Shown: in pieces, positions 21,501 through 32,585 of the stretch
Position numbering within the stretch: position 1 is the first letter of the stretch
Layout of the letters: each line of letters begins with the position of its first letter
From: Sphaeroforma arctica JP610
Taxonomy: Eukaryota
DNA: 36,993 nucleotides
Direction: 5' to 3'
Assembly (NCBI RefSeq): GCF_001186125.1
Contig: NW_014040055.1
Span: 1 to 36,993 of the forward strand
The notes under the pieces: model-generated
Database searches by the model: none
What the model was told of the DNA's origin: nothing
The model's input: only the letters and a program-made list of their open reading frames with translations
Translations under genes and position numbers: made by a program

Positions 21501-23974
21501 ATCCGATCCGTAGCTAGCAATTCTCGGACCATCTTGTTGAAATCCGGTACAAAGCGTGACAGCGTATCCGGTAAGTGATTGTGTATGCCCGGTATATGTG
21601 TTATGCTGAAAGAAAATTTCGCGATCGTATCGTGCCATCGACTGACCAATTGTGAATTGGGGTTCATGTCTTTTAAATGTTGCAACGATTTCTGGTCGCA
21701 CAGTATATTAAAGTGTGTACCATAAAGGTAGTCCTTAAAATGAGTGAGTGCAGTTACAATAGCTAGTAGCTCTTGTTGCACTGTCGGATAATTGATTTGT
21801 GACGAGTTCATAGCCCTGCTAAAGAACTGCACGTATCTCGGCTTCCCGTCAATCATTTGGTACAGCACGCCTCCCAACGCCATGTCGGATGCATCTGTAG
21901 CCACCATGGAGGGCACTCCATCTTTTGATGACTGGGCTACGGGGGCTTGTTAAATCACTGTTTTGAGCTGCTTAAAGGCATCATCACACTCTTTGGTCCA
22001 CAACGCTCCTAGTTTGCCTTTGTGACATCTTAATGTCCGAAAGGTTTAAGGTAGCTTGCCAGGTGTAGAACTCCATCTGACAGGAAGTTGACGAATCCAC
22101 ACATGCTATTAACATCTTTGCCTGTAGTGAGAGTTCTCCAATCCAGTAAGTGTTCTACCTTTCCAGGATCGATCATAGTACTTTCCCCGGATACACGGTA
22201 GCCCAACAGCTGTATCTCGTTTACACCGAAATGACATTTCTTGCTGTTGATCTTAAACTTGTGTTTGTTGAGCCTTGCCAGTACTTCCCTCACAACTCTG
22301 TTATGCTCCTCTTTAGTCTTGGTAAACACAACAATGTTATCGATATACACCTGCACATTGTCCATGTCTCTAAACAGGCCCTGCATGATGTGTTGAAAGA
22401 AGGCTGGTAACATATGTAGACCAAAAGGGGCTCTTTTGAATGAATATTGTTGTCCATCCGAAGTGAAGGTAAAATACTTCCGGTGTGGTTTGTATATTTT
22501 CATTTGATGGTAGCCTTGCTTCAAATCGATGATCGAAAATATCTTCGCTCCTTCCATTCTTCTCAGCAATTCGTTGATTCTTGGTAGATGAAAGTTGTAT
22601 GTGGGTGTAAGATCGGTTATAGGACTCATATCCAAACACACGCGAACCTTCTTTAACGTACCATCAGAGCTGAACTGGTCTACAGCCAAGAGCGCTAAGT
22701 TGACAGGGGTAGGTTCGTGGTTGACTGCGATTACTCCGTTTTCCAACCATGCTTTAACTTTTTCTCGTACCACTTGTTCATGATGCCACGCTACGTAGTT
22801 CCGCGTTGGACATTTCAACTTCGAAAAGTCTACTTTTATCAAGTCTAAGCTCATGTATCCGTTGTTGAATTTAAACTGAGCCCAGTCGGTGATCTTTATC
22901 TTGTTGTTCTCAAAAATAAGATCCTTTAGCTTCTCTGTGAATTGGGGTATCATTTCTTTCACAGTCTTAGAAGGCTTCTATACAGGCTTCAGCAGATTGT
23001 CATCTGACTGATCTTTCTGTCGGTCAATGTTTGTCGGCAAACAGGTACTCGTTATACCTAACGACAACAAATCTCCCATCCCCACTATTAAATCGTAATC
23101 TGGCGAAGTGTTACACAACTGCTTTAGTCATTGTGGTCCGTTGATCTGTAAGGGTAAACCTTTAGTCTACGGCCATGTCATGACACGTATTCTCCCTTTC
23201 GTCAGCTAATTTTAACATAGTAGGTTCTTATTTACGAGTTACATCAGTTATCTTACAGAATCTCGATGATATACATGAAATTTGCGAGCCCGGATCCAAC
23301 AACGCTTTACAATCTGCTCACTTCGCAATAAAATGTTTACATTTCTCTGCGTGCCTGCCATTCCAGCGTCCATTCGGCTCAAGTTGGGTCATGCGCCAGC
23401 TGCAATCTTTCTCAGCACAGTCCTTGGTCTCCTTGTACTTCGGTTTAGGAGGATTGGCTGCCTGATTAGACTTATTGCCCAAAGTCCCGCGAGTGTTGAC
23501 ATTGTTCTTTTGACCATCAGCACATATATTAGAGGAGGTCATGTGCGTTATAGATACATGGCTTCCGCTACACACAACATAAAAGAGTCACTCGCATGCC
23601 TACACGAAATGTTGAGATCACATTCAATTGAATGTGATCTCATTTAATAAAAAACATAATAATGTACGGATAAATATAAGGGGCGGTTACCATTATGTTA
23701 TATAATGATTCTAATAACATTGTACTATCCTCTTTCTTCTATCATCACAGGGTTGACCGCGTGCGACACCCTTGTATGTGACGCTCACCAACCCTGGGTA
23801 TCAGTGACAACTCCCTGTTGTTCCTGACCATATCGTATTATACCATTAAACCTATTTACTCTGGTCTGCTCTTGTTCTTAATGACTCGAAGTGCTATGTA
23901 TGATATGCGCGTGGTGTGATGTCCTCATGAGCATACTTGAGATGGGCAATCTTTCCGTGACTCCGTCACAGCGC

Positions 23975-24495
23975 CTTACATGTTCCGCCTGCCACACCAA
24001 TAGGGTTTCACATGTTCCGTCGTCTACGTAATAGTGTCTCAACTGTATCGCCTCCTGCGTAACACATCGCACATATTCCGCCTGCTGCGTAATAATGTCG
24101 TACACGTTCCGCCGTCTACGTAATAGTGTTACCCATGGTATCGTTTGGTACGTAATAATGCTATCCAAATAAGCACCATTCATAGCGACTATGCAACACG
24201 CTTGAGGCTGCGGGTTCCTACCGACTCTCAAGTGTTCGCGCAAAGTTCAATGCTGCGTGTCCTCAGGGTTGCTCACCTCTGAGTAAGAGTCAACAGGGTA
24301 CTCGCCTGTACTCTCAGCATCTAAACAACCATACGGTCTATTCTGTCAACTATGATAGTGCCATGCAACACGCTAGTGAGGCTGCGGTTGCTCACCGACT
24401 TCAAAGTGCCTACGCAAAGTTCAATGCGCCGTGTCCTCAGGGTTGCTCGCCACTTAGTTAGAGTCAACAGGGTGCTCGCCTGTACTCTAAGCATA
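23975..24495. repeat. Tandem repeat arrays in the family A 3' non-coding region
   Basis: Four ~31-bp ACATGTTCCGCC..CGTAATAGTGT units (23978-24130) and two ~130-bp units starting ATGCAACACGCT at 24191 and 24363. A shorter version is present at 7530-7760. Confidence 0.85.
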
Positions 24496-26429
24496 TATAT
24501 ATACTTGCCACTCACCACCACCACTCGTGTTTAGCGACGTTTGGCGTCGTGTGTTTGTTTGTTTCTATGTCTGTTACATTAGTGCTGCGCGTATGTTATT
24601 ATGACACTAGTGTAAGCTCTTGTATGTTTATATGTGCGTGATGTCTTCGTATAGTGTATGATGTAGCAAATTACTTATATCATTTCCGTTGTTGTCGAAT
24701 ATGTATCATGCTTATCTATCGTAATGTATGTAAGCAATGTGTCTTCTAATATTGATCTGTGCAGCTCGTGCATCATATATAGTCTAATACAGGTATCTAC
24801 TCTATATATAACAGCTTCTATTAAAAGAATATTACTGCTCTAACATCGACTATCGGTTATATGAATGTGTTGTCATCACACATGAGCGCAGCAACGTCGC
24901 AGCCTCGGCCAGACATACCATCGACCCAGGCTGCTCTAACCTTGTACCAGGCGTCGTTGTCGTCGACTCTCACGCGTTTGAATCTGTTTGCGATATGCGG
25001 ACACGACGTTGGGATCGTCAAAGGCATCGGCTGTCACCCATGTAGGAGATCCTTCCAACCAGCGTACCAAATATTCCGACTGTTGAGTCGCCTCATTATG
25101 ACGGTGCGATATGATGTGTCGAAATGTCGAACCGCCCTCTCTCCATAGAGATTCATCAAGTGGTGGTTCCGTAGCCCGATGTACAAGCCGAATAGTCTCC
25201 ACATTCACGGGTCGGTCTCTGAGCTCAGGCGGCTTGCTGCCATTCTTTGCTCGTAGATGGTATCTCTGATTTTCCCGACTATAAATCATCACATACGGAC
25301 CAAGCAGTGGTTTTATGGCTTTGGTCGTTGCTCCCTGAGCGAGTATCATGACGACGTCCCCCATCTTAAATTCAATCAAATCAAATTTACGCATTTGATC
25401 CGTAGCCGCTGCCATGGCATCAGTATACTTAATCGTTTCTGATGAAGTTTTGGTAGTATAGTCTTCTCCAAATCATCCAGCCTCTTTAACCATGCATCAT
25501 TCGAGGTAGGAATATGACCAGATAAGTCATCAGTCATGTTTGCAAACGGGACATGTCGTCGACCAAAATAAACGCTGAATGGTGCTGACTTGTGACGTCG
25601 TGATATCCGAAGGTTCTGGTATAACATAGTAAACAGTAGACGTTCATCCCACAACTCCGGACTACCAACACACAATGCGCGCACGAATTTGTGGATTTCC
25701 TTATGTCGGCGCTCCGCCGCGCCCAACGTTTGCGGGCGGTATGGTTGGGACGTCTTGTGTATTATGCCCAACGCTCGTGTGATGAATTTGACAATATTGG
25801 TTACAAATTTGGTGCCCTCGTCACTCTGAATCTTACGAGGAAATCCATGCTCACCAAACACTGACACTGACTATGCCGCCACTGTCTTTGCATCCTTTGC
25901 AGGTATCACCCGTAGAATAGAGTAGCCCGACGCCACATCAAGCACATGTAAAATATATTTGTTTCCTCTAGTGGATGTGACCGCCATAGGAATGAGATCC
26001 ATTTGTATGTGATCCCAGGGATACCGAGCGGTAATATTCATTAAAGGATGAAAACCTTTCTTCATCGTATCGTTGCACAAGCATGTGCGACATAACTTGC
26101 GGTCCTCTTCTGTGATTGGAAGCATCTGGAACCAGTTATGTCCATCGTCGCGCATCTGTTGTGCTGTAACTGCTGGGGCCGGATGTCCTTGTTCATGAAA
26201 TTGCCATGTCAACTTTACACGACGGTTCGCTTCCTCGTGCCCTGGATGATTCATCACTGTAGCCCCCGCACATATCTCAGGAATTTGTGCAGCTATCTGT
26301 CGCGTTCGTTTCGTCATCACCGGTTGTGCCCAGTTTTTCTGATAACGTGTACCAGCGTCTTCACATACAGGTTCCTCCAAGCCTAAGCCACACCAAAATG
26401 ATGGATTGACTTTGTACCCAGATGGAGGG

Positions 26430-26830
26430 CCAACACGTGCCACGATGGTATACTCCCACGGGTATTTACCACAAGCCTGGGAGCCGTGCTTCAAGAATGT
26501 GTGAGCCGTACTTGGGATAAGTAGCGGGTCTGCTTGCATCATCGATAGAAGTAAAGGGAACCATGGCGCACGTGTGTTTAACGGTAAATATATTGTTGCC
26601 GACGCCTTGTCCTTCATCACCTTACGCAACACCTTATGTATAAGACGCCACGGTGGGTTCATCCATGCGTTGTATTTACTCCAGTCAAACTTATACGCCC
26701 CGCCATCCTTGTCGTATGACCAGTATTGGCAAAGCTGAGCGTTATGACTCGAGGCAAAAGCGTCGACGTCGTTTGGTCCAAAGTGCTTCTGGATCTGGCC
26801 GAAGAAATCCGGAAACAACTTCCAACATGA
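26430..26830 (-). CDS. Dam/DIRS-type amino (N6-adenine-like) DNA methyltransferase domain in family A pol, uninterrupted
   Basis: Within ORF 25871-27307, between RNase H and the integrase HHCC: FGPNDVDAFASSHNAQLCQYWS..GAYKFDWSKYNAWMNPPWRLIHKVLRKVMKDKASATIYLPLNTRAPWFPLL. DVDAFAS at 26750-26770, NPPW at 26648-26659. Confidence 0.9.
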
Positions 26831-28776
26831 CGTATAGAACACCGCGGGGTAGTTGACATCCGCCGTGCCCTCATGAACACGACTCCACATGTCTGGCAAC
26901 TTGTTCAGTTCTCCATGTACATGTGTAGTAGTAAAATTGAACTGTGCAATAATATGATGCCATCGCTGCAACATACTATTCAGCTTTAGCTGAGTGTTCA
27001 TATATATGAGAGCCTTATGGTCGGTGTGTACAGTAAACCGTTGTCCAATGAGATGATCATGAAAGCGAACCAAAGCACCGGTAAGTGCTAGTAAATCTTT
27101 CATCGGGGTTGCATATATCTGTTGTGCCTTGTTGAGAGTTTTCGAGAAGAACATCAGGTAATGTTTGCGTCCGTCAATCAATTGAAACAATGCGCCACTA
27201 ATTACATAATCGCTTGCATCCGTCTCTAACTCAAGTGGTACACCAACAACACGAAAGTTCAACCTGGCTGCCGATACGATAGCCTCCTTCATCTGATCCC
27301 ACGCCAATTAATGTTCTGGCTTCCAACGATCCCCAATGGGCTCTTTTGGCTTAAGTTTAGAGAATGTTCGGAGTGGAGCTACCTTGTGTGCAACGTTCGG
27401 TAAATGCTCATGTAGAAAGCTTGCTAATCCTAACGCAGAGGCAATATCCCTTTGACATCATGGAACTGGCCAGTCAATTAAACGTTGCTGCTTCTCATGA
27501 TCCACGTCAATGCCTTTAGCTGATATCTTCTTTCCCGGGACCATCGCCTCTCGCACCGCAAAGTGACATTTCTTCTGATTAAGTCTGAAGTTATTCTCCG
27601 TCAAGCGTCGAATGACTTCTTGAACCGTAGCAATGTGCTCCTCGTAATCGTCCGATGCAATTATTAGATCATCAACATAGCATTGCACGTCCAGTCCTGC
27701 CATCAAATTACTGATTGTACGTTGAAATTGGGACGTGAGTGTCGTCAATCCAAAGGGAACCGACGTAAACGAGTACTGCTGACTGATTCATGTAAACGAG
27801 AGAATGTGCTGCGAATCGACGTGCACCGGTAACCGATGGTACGCGGCCGATAAGTCCAACGTGGTGTAGTAACGCTTGCCCTTCAAGTTGCTGCTGATTT
27901 CGTTGACCTTCGGAAGCGTAAACTGATCGCCCGGAATAAGAGCGTTAATCTGCCGCAGATCCAAACACACGCGCACCTTAATAAGTTCACCCGACGGTGT
28001 GAATGATGGTACTGCCAACAAAGGAAGGTTAATGATCGACGCCGATGTTCGACGATTGGTGATCAGTTCGTGTTCCCATTTGCTTACTTGCTTCGTTACA
28101 TGTGGTTTGTATTTGTCCGATACAAAATTTCTTGTCTGCCGACGTAGGCCCAGGAGTTTATCCCGAGGAATAGGGAGTGACACCTCACTACCCGGGAGTG
28201 TGCAGCGAGCTGCATCCAGAATAGTGTCATTAGCATCCAGGTATTGGCGTAGGCGTGCGCGTATATCACCTGGCTTGGACAAGTCTGGGCCATTCGAAGA
28301 TTGATTGGTTCCAGTAGTTCATCCATAACATTACGATTAATCTCTGGAAATGTAAATACTAATCCGGATAAGCCTAATCCCAACCCACCCATAATATCCA
28401 TACCCAAAATTATATCAATGTTATCCGGTAGGTTCATAAGTTCAAATGTACAACCCTCAGTAGCAGCTGACCCGTACTGGACCTTTGTTGCTTGTGTTTT
28501 GCCCAAGTGTGGAGTCCTGAAGGCTTTGTCCGCCAAGTATATGTGACTATCCTTGGCCGGTGGTGTAATAGAGAGGTGTGCCTTAGCTGCAGATGCCTGA
28601 CGGTTGCCTGACGGTTGGCCCCCGTGTCAATAAGGGTGCGCATGTCATGTCCGTTCACTTGCAAAGTAACATATACACGGTTGTTAGTAGGAAACAGTTT
28701 ATCTTTTACTGCAAATATTTTTTGTTGCCGTACGACCAAATGACATGCACATGTTCACATCAGGCACCCCAGCCTG

Positions 28777-31153
28777 TCAGTCCGAATCTGTTCCAACTTC
28801 CCAACCATCGGGTGTCTGCTCTTCTTCCATCAACTCATCGTCACTCTGCACATACGACTCCTCGACCAAATCATGAATGTGCATCACTTCAGTCTCTCCC
28901 GTCTCGGTGGTTGGTTGATCAGGCATAATATCACCATCCACTAAGTTAACACGGGGTCGGAAATTAGTACCCGATCCGTGAGTCCCGCGTGTCGATGTGT
29001 TTGTAGCCGATGTACGTTGAACTGTAGCCCCACCATTTTTTGTGCGGCTACCTGTGCTAGTCTGGACCGGTACTCGTTGTAAGTTAGGACAACGACTTGC
29101 ATGTCCTGGTCCCGGCGGAATGTTTTGTTCACATGGCCGACAACGAACCCCTGGGTTCGATATAGGCGGTGCATGCGGGTTGGCGCGTGTATTCGCTCCC
29201 GTACGCAAATTTGAGCGTGATCGCGAGTTCCCCAGAATTCGTAGAGGTCGCGAAAACTTGTCTTGGGCGATTTTCTTCTGCTTTGTCAATGTTCACACGG
29301 GATACATCGCGCATCTTTTCAGTCGAGCAGTTTCGCCACTGTGGATGCATTCGAAGAGTATCCCGGTAGTACTCCCCACCTGCAGCTTGGCGTATATGGT
29401 TAAGTGTACCATGGTTGCGGTATACTTGTAGGGGGTTTTCATACCGTCGCATTTCCATGAACTCCACCTGGCGTTCAAAATCACGAATCTGAGTATCAAG
29501 CGGCACCGATGGCTTCAGCTTCATGCATGCTAACACCTGGCGGTATGCATTATCCTCCAGATCTTGCTCTTGTGTACGTACAATAAAAGCAGTGGCAGCC
29601 TCAAATGTCATAGACTGTAATTTTTGCTCGTTTTTCACAATAAAATCCAATAGCGCCTTAGGGACCCCTTCATGCTGTAGAGCTCGATGTAAACCCATTT
29701 GCATATGAATCGGTTCTAGTTTGTGGAATCGCGCATTCTTATGCCAGTCCAAGATAAAAGCATGTAACTGTATCTTCTGCGGATTGTCCAAATAATAATT
29801 GCCCTGTGGGTTGGGTGGCCATTCCTTCGGTGTTCGTTTGTCGACCGTCTTCAGAGTCTCATTCGACGCACGAATTAGACCCCGTAGTGCACGCGCATCG
29901 TCTATGCGTCCATCCGCTTCTGCCTGCATCATTCGTTGGGTCAGTTGAAAAACTTGCATTTTCATCTCGGCCGCTGTCGATGCAGTAATGCTAGGCTCCA
30001 TAGGTTCCGAGCCCTTATGACGTTTCACTGGCTGTGGGTCTTCCAAGTAGCGGTCGTGATGAACAGGAAGGTGCTTGCGGTATGCAATCGTATCAATAGG
30101 GCATTCGCCGAATCCTGAGAATTCTCCTGTAGCTCATCTGGTGAACGTGGTTTACGGTGACGTTGCAACTTATCACAAAATAAGTTCGTTGCTACACGAC
30201 TCTGGTTCATCTGTTGCTACGGGGACTTCATTACTCTGCGGAAGGCATCAAAGGAACGGTTTGCCGACGACGATAAATTCCGAGGAGTGTCCATGTCCAA
30301 GTGTAAATCCGCAGGTTCCAAAAGAAAATTCTACCAGGCGATTTCACCAAGGGTTTCGAGTCCTGATACCAATCCGGACCATTAGGCGGCATCTCATCAG
30401 GGGTCGGAATTGTTTGTGCCCGATTTTGAGTGTTTGTTAACAATCGCGCTCTGCGAGTAGCATGGAGATTATCGTTCGATGCCTGATACCAATCCGGACC
30501 ATTAGCCGGCATCTCCTCAGGGGTCGGAATCGTTTGTGCCCGATTTTGAGCGTTCTGTAACAACCGCTCTTTGCGAGTGATCTGGACATTACCGTAAGAA
30601 GCCACCTGAGGTATAGGCTTCGTCCGTCCAATTTTACGTTTCACGGGGCTAATTTGGTTCATGTTGTTGACCCTGCCTGAGTTGGGTATTGAAGAGCCCA
30701 ACGTTGTTGCACTGTCGGTTCGGTCTGAGTCTCAGAAAAGTCCTCATCCACTGTCGCCTGGTCCAAGTCCTGGGGTGTAGACGTGTCAATATCCGCCAGT
30801 GACAACTCACGGAATTGGCGGAGTTGCTCTTGAATAAGATGAATATTGTCCGTGGCCTCCTGCACATGCATCATCGTATTCAGGTGTCCTTCTACATCAG
30901 AAATCCAATTTGGGGACTGTTGAAGCTTACCCAAGGTTTTAATTGAGTATTGGCCCTCCGAAAGCAAACGGGTTAATTCCAAATGGATTTCGACCTTCTT
31001 GGCATCTTCAGGTGCAGGTTTCTTGGCAAGTGCTGACTCCACCTTATCGCATAGCTCGGTTAAACGGCGAAGATTTCGAATCAACCGTCTCAACAACCGA
31101 TCACAAGCTTTCTTACCCACCATTGGCAACGGTCTAGTCTTGGGTCCCGTCAT
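28777..31153 (-). pseudogene. gag: Putative long gag of family A (helical N-terminus, repeats, capsid-like region, CX2CX9HX3C knuckle), frameshifted
   Basis: ORFs 30659-31153, 30231-30701, 29129-30046 and 28777-29289 (CRPCEQNIPPGPGHASRC) lie upstream of the protease on the same strand. Confidence 0.65.
30362..30600. repeat. Coding tandem repeat, 2 x 120 bp (40 aa)
   Basis: RLL.N.QNRAQTIPTP.EMP.NGPDWYQ occurs twice at an exact 120-nt period. Confidence 0.95.
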
Positions 31154-31263
31154 TGTTGATAAAAATAAAAATAAAAATATTAAATTGAACTAAGTTGTTT
31201 CTTAGTTGATTTAATCTTCAAAGAATGTAGTATAATAAATACAGTAGTTCGGTGACTTAAAAA

Positions 31264-31679
31264 TGTAGTCAAAACCAAGTGACACTTAATAAAGAGTATT
31301 AAGTCTGAAAAAGGTGAACTCGGTCAGAAGTGCCGCTATGAACGACGCGTCTGCTGTATTTATTAATCACGTTCCTATGTGGGACGAGATTTTCTCCGGC
31401 AGATTGTGAAAATCTCCGTATCTAAGATTATGGTCTCCTAGTTACTAAGTAATGATGACATCTGATGAGTCATCATTCTTTCTCACTAACTTATATATTC
31501 CACTATCTAGTCCGGTCCCCGGGTCCGTCCTTCAATAAAATTCTCTTAGGCCCGAGCCTCTGATTCGGTCCTAAATATTTCCCTTAGGTTCGGTCCTGTG
31601 GTCCGATCCTAAATTCCTCTTGTCAGTCCGGTCCTCTGGTCCGGTCCTAAATCCCCGTATACGGTACTTTTGGGTGACA
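31264..31679 (-). repeat. LTR-like repeat (~31280-31679) with candidate primer-binding site (31264-31277)
   Basis: Minus strand: GGACCGGACC-type tandem subrepeats, TATATAA (~31491-31497), AATAAA (31359-31364), end ..GTGTCA, 2 nt, then TGGTTTTGACTACA. Two more copies lie at 2571-2770 and 3405-3794. Confidence 0.65.
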
Positions 31680-31801
31680 GCCGATGCCTTTGACGACCCC
31701 AACGTCGTGCCCGTATATCGCAAACGGATTCAAACGCATGAGAGTCGACGACAACGACGCCTGGTACAAGGTTAGAGCAGCCTGGGTCGATGGTATGTCT
31801 G
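31671..31801 (+). repeat. Inverted 131-bp copy of the family A chromodomain end and stop codon
   Basis: Reverse complement of 24910-25040 (WVTADAFDDPNVV..RRQRRLVQG*). Confidence 0.95.
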
Positions 31802-31820
31802 ACAAGCACCTTGCACTTGC

Positions 31821-32585
31821 TTATTCTTTTTTTCCTTTGTTGTTTCCCGTACCCGTATGAGAATCTCGACCGTTACCTGGTCCTCCATTCGTGTTGGGCA
31901 TTGTCTTCTTAGTAGATGGTGTGAATTTCACCACAGAATTCGGCCGTTTCGAAAACGTCTGGTCTGCTCTCGAATAAAATTCAGTCCAAGACAAGTCGGC
32001 GAGTTTCATGATGCCGTAAGTTGGCCCTTTAATCGAAATCTCACGTACCTTGTCTGGGAAAGATTGATTGATATCTGCGTACAACACTTCCTGGTCTTTT
32101 CGGTGAAAAGCCGCCCAAAAAATTGTTTGTACCCACAACACGCACATACTCAGTTTGTCTGGTGACATTTCTTGCGTCTCAGCGCGTGATATATGGGTGT
32201 CCAGTTCCAAGAGGTAGTGTGACACTGGTGTTCCTTCGTCCGGTGGCACCATTATCGATACCAATAGTTCCGGCCTAGGATCTGTTGAGAACAGATGGAC
32301 TATCATCTCGCTCTGCTCCTCTCACGTCTTCAGCTTTGTTATAGCAGCCTTAGCCTTCTCCAACTTATTATTTTTATAAGATGACGGCTTAAAACTCTGT
32401 TGCGCAGCCTCAAACCATAGGTTCTTATATAAATTCGCAGAAAGCATGATTTGACCAAACTCTTTCAAAGCTCGCGACAAAAACGCTAAGTTACTTGTAT
32501 GGATTGGGTCCTTATGGTCTTTTCGATCTGGACGATACGTAGTGGGTAACTTACCTATGTCCTTGACGAACTTCTTACTGTCCAC
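31821..32585 (-). pseudogene. gag: Gag fragment distantly related to families B/C
   Basis: SIMVPPDEGTPVSHYLLELD / DQEVLY / LADLSWTEFY align with SILTEPVENTPIQSYILKLD / DRESLY / LSRLTREQFY at 35060-35335. Confidence 0.7.

Larger units (their letters stand above)
18961..23560 (-). mobile_element. Ty3/Gypsy chromodomain element, family B (gag end-PR-RT-RH-MTase-IN-chromo-PPT-LTR start), 5'-truncated and defective
   Basis: LLDPGSQISC (~23275-23300); FSIIDLKQGYHQ, APFGL, VYIDN; TDASD..QELLAIV..CDQKSL..N.LPDTLSR; H..H..CNDC, PWGRVIIDL, NNGSEF, PQTQGASE; YEVKKIL..FDDPDVLRAF. PPT GAGGGGGGGGGAC (19034-19046) is followed by TGTGAG at 19033. Confidence 0.93.
23790..31153 (-). mobile_element. Ty3/Gypsy chromodomain element, family A (gag-PR-RT-RH-MTase-IN-chromo, long 3' region), defective
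   Basis: LIDTGA; RVCLDLRQIN, TTLDLSAAYHRL, VPFGL, CYVDD; ETDASD..HTDHKAL..NKLPDMWSR; HEQGH..CRTC, PWDHIQMDL, IQSDEGTKF, PQTLGAAERRHK, LLGPY; IISHR..EYLVRW..TWVTADAFDD. No matching LTR pair was found, and it is uncertain whether 30100-31153 belongs to this element. Confidence 0.93.

Noticed and set aside
13927..30440. Numerous plus-strand ORFs of 60-130 aa
   Set aside because: They are antisense shadows of minus-strand gag/pol sequence with no independent motifs.
23790..31153. Calling the methyltransferase-bearing elements DIRS
   Set aside because: No tyrosine recombinase motif was seen; aspartic protease, HHCC/DDE integrase and chromodomain are present in Gypsy order, and the methyltransferase shares an ORF with the integrase N-terminus.
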